From Escherichia coli (lineage in GTDB: Bacteria; Pseudomonadota; Gammaproteobacteria; Enterobacterales; Enterobacteriaceae): DNA of 64,000 nucleotides. The notes under the pieces are model-generated. The model saw nothing but the letters and a program-made list of their open reading frames with translations. It made no database searches and was not told the origin of the DNA. The stretch lies in the NCBI RefSeq assembly GCF_003991155.1, contig NZ_CP031293.1. One strand, 5' to 3'. A program made the translations under genes and the position numbers. Positions 11,534 to 20,372 of this stretch are shown in pieces. Within the stretch, counting starts at the first letter, position 1. The number at the start of each line of letters is the position of its first letter.

Positions 11534-11987
11534 AACCAACCAAATATGTTAATTATGTATAAACCATAGATCATTGGTGATTTTATTGTTAATTTATTGT
11601 GAAATATTTATGCAACACAATTATTACAATGAAAAGGTATAGATAAAAAACCAGTGTTTTATTTAACAGAACCGCCTTATCCACTTTTTATAATACCAAT
11701 TGATTAGATTAGCCAATTTGTTGCTATTTTACATAACATATTTTTATCAAAGTTAATTGATTGTTGCCTTTATGAGCACCGGCCGTAAGCCCGTTATGTT
11801 ATTGTTTCATTAGTAATAATCACTTAAATGTATCGATGAAACAGGTATGACTTAGCGGGAGTGATTGTTTCTGAGTGAACAGAAACCACTTTCGCCTGAT
11901 AAATGAAAAATGAGCGATTTTTGCAAGTTAGTTTTTCTATAGCCGAGTACGCTCAGCGCCTCGCTTGATTACAATGAGGTTGCTGCT

Positions 11988-12932
11988 ATGAGTCCTGATA
12001 ATATCGGTTCGGCTGTCAATCGCTTCTCAGGTTGGCCATCTAATGATCCTCTAAAAACAGATAACGAATCAATGACATCACCCGTGACTGTGCAGGTAAT
12101 AAAGATGATTGCCGCCATCCTTGACCCATATCGGATAGTCGTTGGAATCGATACACTTTATACAACGCAGCGCGAAACATTTACCTCAGAGAGTCAACAG
12201 CTCATTGAATCAGCATTGCAAACACTTCATGTGATAAATTTAAATAACCTGGAAACAAATCTCGATGAGGACGGTCACTATCTGGCTTTTGGATATAACG
12301 TTGACACTCCTGACAGAATAACCGTTTCTGCTTATAATGAAAAAAAGCCTGGCTGCTATGGCCAATGTCTTTTAATACAGGATGACGAAACAGACTTATT
12401 TAACCTGATAAAAGTTAAAATTTTTGAAGCCAGGCATAATTATGTCGCTCAATTGATGAGCGATCCGGAATTTATGTTCAAATTTAGTTATAGCGCTCAA
12501 CAAAATAGATTAGAACCTCATCTTCTGGTTCCCACTTATTTCCCTCTAAAAACAAACGAACCGGTTACGCAAGAGGATGTACTGTTACTTTATCGTTTCT
12601 TTAAAATGGATGGTGATTTTAATATATTAACATCAGATGAATACATGAGTATCATGACACCTCTGATGAAGTGTGAGCGCAGCATCCACGACCACAACAG
12701 GTATGTGACGGGCAAAGATACCCTTCTTCTGGACTATCCTCCTTCTGGTAACCAGATATATTTCCATATTTTTCCTGACGAATCAGCAACACTAGTCCTT
12801 TATTTTTCAAACAATGACATTGAATGTTTCGTCTTTGAAAGAGATATTCCGAGCCAGTATCGCTTTTTCAAAATGTTTACCAATCTGGCACTGGTTATTG
12901 ATCAGTTAACCGATGCCAATCAAATACTTTAA
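11988..12932 (+). CDS. Hypothetical protein, 314 aa, no recognised domain (orphan A)
   Basis: ATG preceded by GAGG 8 nt upstream, in an AT-rich, uninterrupted frame. The N-terminus is polar and Ser/Asn/Pro-rich. The exact hexapeptide YRFFKM occurs twice (codons at 12591-12608 and 12858-12875). Confidence 0.7.
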   Translation: MSPDNIGSAVNRFSGWPSNDPLKTDNESMTSPVTVQVIKMIAAILDPYRIVVGIDTLYTTQRETFTSESQQLIESALQTLHVINLNNLETNLDEDGHYLAFGYNVDTPDRITVSAYNEKKPGCYGQCLLIQDDETDLFNLIKVKIFEARHNYVAQLMSDPEFMFKFSYSAQQNRLEPHLLVPTYFPLKTNEPVTQEDVLLLYRFFKMDGDFNILTSDEYMSIMTPLMKCERSIHDHNRYVTGKDTLLLDYPPSGNQIYFHIFPDESATLVLYFSNNDIECFVFERDIPSQYRFFKMFTNLALVIDQLTDANQIL

Positions 12933-13012
12933 TTTTTATATATTCCCTGTGGCAAATATTGCTAAACAATGCCCGGGGATTAATTTTTATTACTCACGGA
13001 AAGATTTAAATA

Positions 13013-13435
13013 ATGATCCCATCTCAAATCTCTTTCAACACCCTTCCTGTCAATGCAACATACGCTTCAGAGACAACAGTTGACACACAAAAATTCTCTG
13101 ACATCCTCTACTCAGCGGGGTGTTCCCTAAAGGATCTGGCTTATCTGAGCAGATGTCTGGCATCAATACATCCGACTATCGCCAAAAACATTTATGAAAC
13201 AGAAAATCTCAGCGATCAAAAATTACTACATATTGATTGCCGTAGTACAAATGAAATCAAGATAAATATCTTTTTTGGTCAACAACGAGAAGGATTAATT
13301 GAAATTAATTCTGACACTGTCATTTTTTCGATATTGTCTTCATTAATTGACTCCGCCATTTCTAAATTTCAACACCAAATCCCCGTTAACGGTTCAGTTA
13401 ATCGTGAACTATTGTATGAGGATTATACTGATTAA
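13013..13435 (+). CDS. Hypothetical small acidic protein, 140 aa, no recognised domain (orphan B)
   Basis: Same strand as orphan A and 80 nt downstream of it, AT-rich. About 17 Asp/Glu versus 10 Lys/Arg by my count. The RBS is weak (ggaaag). Confidence 0.6.
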   Translation: MIPSQISFNTLPVNATYASETTVDTQKFSDILYSAGCSLKDLAYLSRCLASIHPTIAKNIYETENLSDQKLLHIDCRSTNEIKINIFFGQQREGLIEINSDTVIFSILSSLIDSAISKFQHQIPVNGSVNRELLYEDYTD

Positions 13436-13981
13436 ATCCACCCAGTCGCGAAAATGGCCTGCGTTATTGCCAGAGGTAATAAAACCTTTGATTAACGTTA
13501 CTCATACTGGTAGCACCTTCATGTACCTCTCTTTTTTACGAAAAATCAAAAGAGCTAACTAAGGTCATAATTCGCATGAATCATTAACCATTTGTTATTT
13601 TCAACATTATTTTTACATTAAGCAGAGATGAATTGCAGTGAAATTCGACTTAAATTTTATGAAATGCATTTACTCATGGCTAAACCCATATCACTAAAAT
13701 GCAAATTAGAAGTAGATCACAAATACCTCAATACACCAAATCAAGTTAATTTTAAAAATTTAACATTCATGACATTAGTTGACATAACACACTGAATTAA
13801 CATGAGAATTTAACAACATACTTTAAACAATCATTTCCCGAAAGACATTTTGAAAATAGATCAATTGCAACATTACGGTCAGATAAAGACACTCCTGTGA
13901 TATTAAACCTGTGCCGTTATGAACGGCCATAAATACGACGTGTGTAACTTATTTTACTCTCTGTCTTACAAAGGATTACCC

Positions 13982-14431
13982 ATGAAGAAAGCAACACTTG
14001 TGATTGGCGTTATTGGCGCGGACTGCCATGCAGTAGGCAATAAAGTTCTGGACCGCGTTTTTAGCAACCATGGCTTCAGAGTCATTAATCTGGGCGTAAT
14101 GGTCAGCCAGGACGAATATATTGATGCGGCCATTGAAACTGGCGCTGACGCGATTGTCGTCTCCTCTATCTATGGGCATGGCGATATCGACTGTCTGGGC
14201 ATGCGCGAACGCTGCATCGAGCGTGGACTGGGGGACATCCTGCTCTATGTGGGCGGTAACCTGGTGGTCGGAAAACATGACTTCGCTGACGTGGAAACCA
14301 AATTCAAAGAGATGGGATTTGATCGCGTCTTTGCCCCAAGTCATGACTTAGAAGATGTTTGTCAGCTGATGGCACACGATATCAACCAACGTCATGACGT
14401 TGATACTCGTATTCTTGAAGAGGCAATCTGA
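13982..14431 (+). CDS. glmS: Glutamate mutase sigma (B12-binding) subunit
   Basis: ORF trimmed to ATG 13982 (AAGGA 7 nt upstream). [24 protein letters not shown] carries the DxHxxG cobalamin-binding motif. Size and position match clostridial MutS/GlmS. This is not the glucosamine-6-P synthase glmS. Confidence 0.9.
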   Translation: MKKATLVIGVIGADCHAVGNKVLDRVFSNHGFRVINLGVMVSQDEYIDAAIETGADAIVVSSIYGHGDIDCLGMRERCIERGLGDILLYVGGNLVVGKHDFADVETKFKEMGFDRVFAPSHDLEDVCQLMAHDINQRHDVDTRILEEAI

Positions 14432-15819
14432 TGCAAATCGTCTCTGTCGATATTGGATCGACGTGGACCAAAGCAGCCCTCTTCGCCCGGGAGGGGGATG
14501 CGTTAACGTTGGTTAACCACGTACTGACCCCAACCACCACCCATCATCTGGCGAAGGGGTTTTTCTCCAGCCTGAACCTGGTGTTAAACGTAGATAATGC
14601 CCTCCCCCTGTTTAACAACGGTGAGGTTGCATTGAAGTATTCCTCCTCTGCCAAAGGTGGGCTGGCGGTTGCCGCAATGGGATTGGTGCCTTCTATCACC
14701 CTGGAAACCGCGAAAGTAACCGCTCACTCTGCGGGGGCTAAAATTGCGCAATATTACGCCTACAAGCTGAACCGCCGTGATATCCAGGCACTGGAAGAAA
14801 CGCAGCCCGATATTCTCTTGTTCACCGGCGGCACCGACGGCGGAGAAGAAAGCTACGGCCTGAATAACGCCCGTGTGCTGGCAGAATCCAAACTCGACTG
14901 CGCCATTATTTATGCCGGAAACCGGGATATTCAGGACGAGGTGCAGGAGATCCTAGGGCATAAAGACCTGACCATCGTCGACAACGTTCTGCCCGATCTT
15001 GACCATCCGAACCCTTTAGCTGCACGCCAGGCTATCTGCGACATATTCCTTAAACGCATCGTTAAAGGGAAAGGGCTGGATGTCGTTGTTGATAAAACAG
15101 GCGAAGAACCAATGCCGACACCGTGGACAGTCTTTGAACTGGTTAAGGCAATCAGTAATGTCGATCACAGCTGGAAAGAGTTCATGCTGATCGACATGGG
15201 TGGCGCAACCACCGATGTCTATTCCGCCTGTGCCAACACGCTCTCGCCCGACACCGTTTTACACGGCGTACCGGAACCCTTCGTGAAACGGACGGTGGAA
15301 GGCGATCTGGGAATGCGCGTCTCGGCAATGGTGGTTGGTGAAAGTGCGAAAGAGTTAGTCAATGTGAATTTTGCTCAGCAACCCGCACAGCTGGACGCTT
15401 TTTATCATTACCTCCGTCATCTAGTCGCTCATCCCGACTACTTACCCGCGAATGCAGAAGAAAAATATTTCGATACCGTCCTGGCCGGACTGTGTGTGGG
15501 TTATGCCACCGAAAGACATGCGGGCACCAAAAAAGAGGTCTGCACCTGCGTCGGCAATGTCGATTTACAGATGGGACGTGACCTGACAACCGTGCGTAAA
15601 GTCGTCGGATCCGGCGGATGGCTCTCGCGTGCCAGTCAGTTCGATATGCATCACTGGTTGAAATACCGCGAGTTAAACGACGACGGTAAACGCATTCTCT
15701 TACCGACCGAATTTGAATATTACCGCGATTCCCGGGGGCTATTACCACTGCTGGCAAACGTCGCCAGAGTCGATCCGCTGGCCGCCGCGCGCACCAGTAT
15801 TCAATGCTTAACCCTATAA
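14431..15819 (+). CDS. glmL: Glutamate mutase-associated MutL/GlmL (putative reactivating chaperone, ASKHA-type ATPase)
   Basis: 462 aa, starting [18 protein letters not shown] (actin-like ATPase phosphate-1 motif). It sits between the S and E subunits exactly as in Clostridium, and its start is coupled to the preceding stop (TGATG). Confidence 0.85.
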   Translation: MQIVSVDIGSTWTKAALFAREGDALTLVNHVLTPTTTHHLAKGFFSSLNLVLNVDNALPLFNNGEVALKYSSSAKGGLAVAAMGLVPSITLETAKVTAHSAGAKIAQYYAYKLNRRDIQALEETQPDILLFTGGTDGGEESYGLNNARVLAESKLDCAIIYAGNRDIQDEVQEILGHKDLTIVDNVLPDLDHPNPLAARQAICDIFLKRIVKGKGLDVVVDKTGEEPMPTPWTVFELVKAISNVDHSWKEFMLIDMGGATTDVYSACANTLSPDTVLHGVPEPFVKRTVEGDLGMRVSAMVVGESAKELVNVNFAQQPAQLDAFYHYLRHLVAHPDYLPANAEEKYFDTVLAGLCVGYATERHAGTKKEVCTCVGNVDLQMGRDLTTVRKVVGSGGWLSRASQFDMHHWLKYRELNDDGKRILLPTEFEYYRDSRGLLPLLANVARVDPLAAARTSIQCLTL

Positions 15820-15837
15820 CAATTAAGGCTGCAATCA

Positions 15838-17283
15838 ATGGAACTTCGAAATAAGAAATTAACCCATGACGAATTCATGACCGAGCGGCAACAGGTACTG
15901 AAAACCTGGGAAACCGGCAAGGATGTTGAAAACTTTGAAGATGGCGTTAAATACCAACAAACCATTCCTGAGCATAAACGCTTCTCTCTTGCCCTGCTGA
16001 AAGCAGACAAGGAAGGTAAAACTCTTAGCCAACCGCGCGCAGGCGTGGCGCTGATGGACGAACACATCGAACTACTGAAAACACTACAAGAAGAGTGCGA
16101 TCTGCTGCCGAGCACCATCGATGCATATACCCGTCTGAATCGGTACGAAGAAGCGGCTGTAGGGATTAAAAAATCCATCGAAGCCGGAACCTCTAAACTG
16201 AACGGTTTACCGGTCGTTAACCACGGCGTCGCAGCTTGCCGTCGCCTCACCGAAACTCTGCAAAAACCGCTACAGATCCGCCACGGCACGCCAGATGCGC
16301 GTCTGCTGGCTGAAATCTCGATGGCCAGCGGCTTTACCAGTTATGAAGGCGGCGGCATTTCCTACAATATTCCGTATGCCAAGCGCGTAACGCTGGAAAA
16401 ATCGATCCGCGACTGGCAGTACTGCGACCGTTTAATGGGGATGTATGAAGAACACGGGATCCGCATCAACCGCGAACCGTTTGGCCCACTAACGGGTACC
16501 CTGATCCCGCCGTTTATCTCGCACTCTATCGCGATAATCGAAGGCTTGCTGGCGCTGGAACAGGGTGTGAAATCTATCACCGTTGGTTATGGACAGGTCG
16601 GCAGCCTGACGCAGGATGTTGCGGCGATCCAGTCTCTGCGTGAACTTGCACACGAATATTTTCAGAGCTATGGCTATACCGACTATGAATTAAGTACCGT
16701 GTTTCACCAGTGGATGGGCGGCTTTCCGGAAGACGAATCGAAAGCGTTCGCTATTATCTCCTGGGGCGCAGCCGTCGCGGGGATGTCTGGTGCCACCAAA
16801 GTCATCACCAAAAGTCCGCACGAAGCCTGGGGCATCCCGACTGCCGCTGCCAACATTCAGGGGCTGAAAGCCTCCCGCCAGATGCTCAACATGGTCAACG
16901 AGCAGAAATTCCCGCCGTGCCCTGCGGTTGAACTGGAAATTGAACTGATTAAGAGCGAGGTTCGCGCGGTACTGAATAAAGTGTTCGAACTGGGTAATGG
17001 TGATATTGCGCGCGGTACGGTGCTGGCATTTGAAGCGGGCGTACTGGATGTGCCGTTTGCGCCAGCCGCCTGCAACGCGGGCAAAATTCTTCCGGTCCGT
17101 GACAACACCGGCGCGATACGCGTACTGGAAGCCGGAGCCGTTCCATTGCCAAAAGATATTCTCGACCTCCACCACGATTACGTTGCGGAACGCGCACGCT
17201 TTGAAGGACGCCAACCGACATTCCAGATGGTTGTAGATGACATCAATGCTGTATCCCACAGTAAATTAATAGGAAGACCATAA
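15838..17283 (+). CDS. glmE: Glutamate mutase epsilon (catalytic) subunit
   Basis: 481 aa. It aligns along its length with remembered C. cochlearium GlmE (MEL+NKK...QPRAGVAL+DEHIELL...PSTIDAYTR.NRY...FHQWMGGFP.DESKAF...SFQMV+DDI). Confidence 0.93.
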   Translation: MELRNKKLTHDEFMTERQQVLKTWETGKDVENFEDGVKYQQTIPEHKRFSLALLKADKEGKTLSQPRAGVALMDEHIELLKTLQEECDLLPSTIDAYTRLNRYEEAAVGIKKSIEAGTSKLNGLPVVNHGVAACRRLTETLQKPLQIRHGTPDARLLAEISMASGFTSYEGGGISYNIPYAKRVTLEKSIRDWQYCDRLMGMYEEHGIRINREPFGPLTGTLIPPFISHSIAIIEGLLALEQGVKSITVGYGQVGSLTQDVAAIQSLRELAHEYFQSYGYTDYELSTVFHQWMGGFPEDESKAFAIISWGAAVAGMSGATKVITKSPHEAWGIPTAAANIQGLKASRQMLNMVNEQKFPPCPAVELEIELIKSEVRAVLNKVFELGNGDIARGTVLAFEAGVLDVPFAPAACNAGKILPVRDNTGAIRVLEAGAVPLPKDILDLHHDYVAERARFEGRQPTFQMVVDDINAVSHSKLIGRP

Positions 17284-18524
17284 TGAAAATAAAACAGGCT
17301 CTGTTCACCGCTGGCTACTCCTCATTCTATTTCGATGACCAGCAGGCGATAAAAAACGGAGCGGGTCATGACGGCTTTTTTTATACCGGGGAGCCGGTAA
17401 CACAGGGGTTTAACGCCGTTCGTCAGGCCGGGGAGTGCGTATCAGTACAGTTGATTCTGGAAAACGGCTCGGTCGCCGTAGGTGACTGTGCTGCCGTACA
17501 GTATTCCGGGGCAGGTGGTCGCGATCCACTGTTCCTCGCTGAGCACTTTATTCCGTTCCTCAACGACCATATCAAGCCATTACTGGTAGGCCGCGATGTG
17601 GATGCTTTCCTGCCGAATGCCCGTTTCTTCGACAAATTGCGTATTGACGGCAACTTGCTGCATACCGCCGTGCGCTACGGATTATCACAGGCGCTGCTTG
17701 ATGCTACCGCGCTGGCAACCGGCCGTCTGAAAACTGAAGTAGTTTGCGATGAATGGCAGTTGCCACGCGTGGCGGAATCCATTCCATTATTTGGTCAGAG
17801 CGGGGACGATCGATATATCGCCGTCGATAAGATGATCCTTAAGGGCATCGACGTGCTGCCCCATGCACTGATTAATAACGTCGAAGAGAAACTGGGCTTT
17901 AAAGGTGAAAAACTGCGCGAATATGTCCGCTGGCTGTCGGATCGTATTCTGAGCAAGCGCACCAGCGCACGCTACCACCCTACCCTGCACATCGATGTAT
18001 ACGGCACTATCGGTCTGATCTTCGATATGGATCCGCTTCGCTGTGCGCAATACATCGCCAGCCTGGAAAAAGAAGCGCAAGGCCTGCCGCTCTACATTGA
18101 AGGGCCGGTCGATGCCGGTAACAAGCCCGATCAAATTCGCCTGCTGACCGCGATTACCAAAGAGCTGACGCGCCTCGGTTCCGGCGTGAAAATTGTGGCC
18201 GATGAATGGTGTAACACCTACCAGGATATTGTTGATTTCACTGATGCCGCCAGTTGTCACATGGTGCAAATCAAAACCCCGGATCTGGGCAGTATTCACA
18301 ACATCGTCGATGCGGTTCTTTACTGCAACAGCCACAGCATGGAAGCGTACCAGGGCGGCACCTGCAATGAAACTGATGTCAGTGCCCGCACCTGTGTCCA
18401 CGTCGCCCTTGCCGCTCGCCCTATGCGTATGCTGGTAAAGCCAGGGATGGGCTTTGACGAAGGCCTCGATATCGTCTTCAACGAAATGAATCGTACTATC
18501 GCGCTGTTGCAGGCTAAGGATTAA
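17283..18524 (+). CDS. mal: 3-Methylaspartate ammonia-lyase (methylaspartase)
   Basis: 413 aa. MKIKQALFTAGYSSFYFDDQQAIKNGAGHDGF matches the clostridial MAL N-terminus; enolase-superfamily fold. TAATG start/stop coupling with glmE. Confidence 0.92.
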   Translation: MKIKQALFTAGYSSFYFDDQQAIKNGAGHDGFFYTGEPVTQGFNAVRQAGECVSVQLILENGSVAVGDCAAVQYSGAGGRDPLFLAEHFIPFLNDHIKPLLVGRDVDAFLPNARFFDKLRIDGNLLHTAVRYGLSQALLDATALATGRLKTEVVCDEWQLPRVAESIPLFGQSGDDRYIAVDKMILKGIDVLPHALINNVEEKLGFKGEKLREYVRWLSDRILSKRTSARYHPTLHIDVYGTIGLIFDMDPLRCAQYIASLEKEAQGLPLYIEGPVDAGNKPDQIRLLTAITKELTRLGSGVKIVADEWCNTYQDIVDFTDAASCHMVQIKTPDLGSIHNIVDAVLYCNSHSMEAYQGGTCNETDVSARTCVHVALAARPMRMLVKPGMGFDEGLDIVFNEMNRTIALLQAKD

Positions 18525-18527
18525 CAA

Positions 18528-19898
18528 ATGGCTCGTTCTTTTAAAGTCTTATCGCCAACGGCAATCCTCGGGTATGGATTCCCGGAAGAGAGCTTCCGCA
18601 AAGCGATGGCAGAATCGCCCGATCTGATCGCCGTTGATGCAGGCTCTTCCGATCCTGGCCCCCACTACCTCGGAGCGGGCAAACCGTTTACCGATCGCGC
18701 AGGGGTCAAGCGCGATCTGCGCTATATGATCACCGCAGGCGTGCAAAATAATATACCGGTGGTGATCGGAACAGCTGGCGGTTCTGGTGCCGCACCACAC
18801 CTGGAGTGGTGCCGAGAAATAATTCATGAGATTGCCCGGGAAGAGCGACTCGTGTTCTCGATGGCGCTGATCCCGGCAGACGTTGACAAAGCCATCGTCC
18901 ACCAGGCGCTGGATAACGGCAAAATCACGGCGCTGGATTTTGTCCCGCCGTTAACCCACGACGCGATTGACGAAAGTACGTATATCGTTGCGCAAATGGG
19001 CATCGAACCCTTCCAGCGGGCGCTGAAAGAAGGCGCGCAAGTGGTGCTGGGCGGGCGCGCTTACGACCCGGCCTGCTTTGCTGCGCTCCCGATCATGCAA
19101 GGCTTTGATGAAGGTCTGGCGCTGCATTGTGGGAAAATCCTTGAATGCGCGGCAATCGCCGCAACGCCCGGCTCAGGCTCTGACTGTGCGATGGGCATCA
19201 TTGATGACAACGGCTTTACGCTGAAGACATTTAATCCGAAGCGTAAATTTACCGAAACGTCAGCGGCTGCACACACACTGTATGAGAAATCCGATCCCTA
19301 CTTCCTGCCTGGACCTGGCGGCGTGTTGAACCTGAAAGGCTGCACATTTAAAGCGGTCAATGACGGCGAAGTGTACGTCAGCGGTTCTAAGCATGAAGAA
19401 ACGCCGTATGCCCTGAAACTGGAAGGTGCGCGACGGGTGGGCTTCCGCTGTCTGACCATCGCAGGAACGCGCGACCCGATCATGATCGCCGGGATCGATA
19501 AAATCATCGATGAAGTCAAAACCAGCGTTTCACGTAACCTGTCGCTCGACGATGACAGCATTCGCATCAATTTCCACCTGTACGGCAAAAACGGGGTGAT
19601 GGGCGACCATGAACCGATGCAAACTGCCGGGCATGAGCTGGGGATTGTCCTTGATGTAGTTGCACCGACCCAGGAAATTGCCAATAGCGTTTGCTCGCTG
19701 GTGCGCTCTACCATGCTGCACTACGGCTATGAAAACCGCATCGCTACCGCAGGCAATCTGGCGTTCCCGTTCTCCCCTTCTGATATCCAGGGCGGGCCGG
19801 TATACGAATTTTCCATATATCACCTGATTGAAGCCAACGACGCTCTGCGTTTTGATTTCCATATTGAACAGGTGACGCCAGAAGGAGTTCAGGCATGA
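18528..19898 (+). CDS. Conserved protein of unknown function, tentatively DUF1446/AtuA-like
   Basis: 456-aa ORF starting 3 nt after the mal stop. I recognise no catalytic motif. The family assignment is tentative and rests on pairing with the downstream DUF4387-like ORF. Confidence 0.8.
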   Translation: MARSFKVLSPTAILGYGFPEESFRKAMAESPDLIAVDAGSSDPGPHYLGAGKPFTDRAGVKRDLRYMITAGVQNNIPVVIGTAGGSGAAPHLEWCREIIHEIAREERLVFSMALIPADVDKAIVHQALDNGKITALDFVPPLTHDAIDESTYIVAQMGIEPFQRALKEGAQVVLGGRAYDPACFAALPIMQGFDEGLALHCGKILECAAIAATPGSGSDCAMGIIDDNGFTLKTFNPKRKFTETSAAAHTLYEKSDPYFLPGPGGVLNLKGCTFKAVNDGEVYVSGSKHEETPYALKLEGARRVGFRCLTIAGTRDPIMIAGIDKIIDEVKTSVSRNLSLDDDSIRINFHLYGKNGVMGDHEPMQTAGHELGIVLDVVAPTQEIANSVCSLVRSTMLHYGYENRIATAGNLAFPFSPSDIQGGPVYEFSIYHLIEANDALRFDFHIEQVTPEGVQA

Positions 19899-20212
19899 AA
19901 CAGTCAATTGTCTCACTGGCGCAAGTCATTCGTTCGAAAAATGCCGGACCTTACGAACTGGTTTTAGATATTTTATTTAAAACGAAAGAAAACTATGAGC
20001 GAGTTAAATCATCAGGGCAATTAACCCCAGAACTGATTGCGCGCTTATATCATGTTGAACCTGACTTTATTCACCGTATTGTCTGGTTTGATCCTTCTAA
20101 CGCAGTAAAAATCGTCATGCCACGAGATATTATCTCCGGGAATGTAGGTGACAATGATGTCTATGGTGCACAGCAACATGCACCTTTATTAAATATGAGT
20201 TTCGATTTGTAA
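19895..20212 (+). CDS. Conserved small protein, tentatively DUF4387 (AtuA C-terminal-like)
   Basis: 105 aa with an ATGA overlap onto the preceding ORF. The motifs IRSKNAGPYEL and DVYGAQQHAPLL resemble what I recall of DUF4387. Confidence 0.75.
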   Translation: MKQSIVSLAQVIRSKNAGPYELVLDILFKTKENYERVKSSGQLTPELIARLYHVEPDFIHRIVWFDPSNAVKIVMPRDIISGNVGDNDVYGAQQHAPLLNMSFDL

Positions 20213-20372
20213 AAATCCGAATACTTTTAGCCAACTGACATCCCGTCACTTATTGCAGTTCAACACTTCAGCTATTTGTAAGGTTGTAATAGCAGGTAGA
20301 TGCCTGAATCTCTATTCAGGCATCTACTTCTCCTGATTCTGATTTATCGCCGTGCACCTGATGGAGGAAAAA

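Noticed and set aside
13347-13562. 71-aa plus-strand ORF overlapping the end of orphan B
   Set aside because: It is out of frame within orphan B, has no RBS and is a short AT-rich frame. It is more likely chance.
13850-13864. FNR-like sequence TTGAA-AATAG-ATCAA upstream of the glutamate mutase operon
   Set aside because: It is attractive for an anaerobic pathway, but the half-sites are separated by 5 nt rather than 4 and one half-site is imperfect. That is not good enough to call.
13919-13981. Longer N-terminal extensions offered by the ORF track for glmS, hutU (to 33075), hutG (to 27945), hutI (to 29150), the permease (to 31160), dctQ (to 48667), the SAF subunit (to 51299), the RraA-like gene (to 53745), pal, sdhA and sdhC
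   Set aside because: The internal ATGs have proper Shine-Dalgarno sequences, give family-typical lengths and create stop/start coupling with the upstream gene. The extensions overlap upstream genes or lack an RBS.
13436-13981. Possible cobalamin riboswitch in the 546-nt leader of the B12-dependent operon
   Set aside because: The region is uniformly AT-rich, with no B12-box-like GC-rich core (GCCACTG-type) and no extended conserved helices that I could see.
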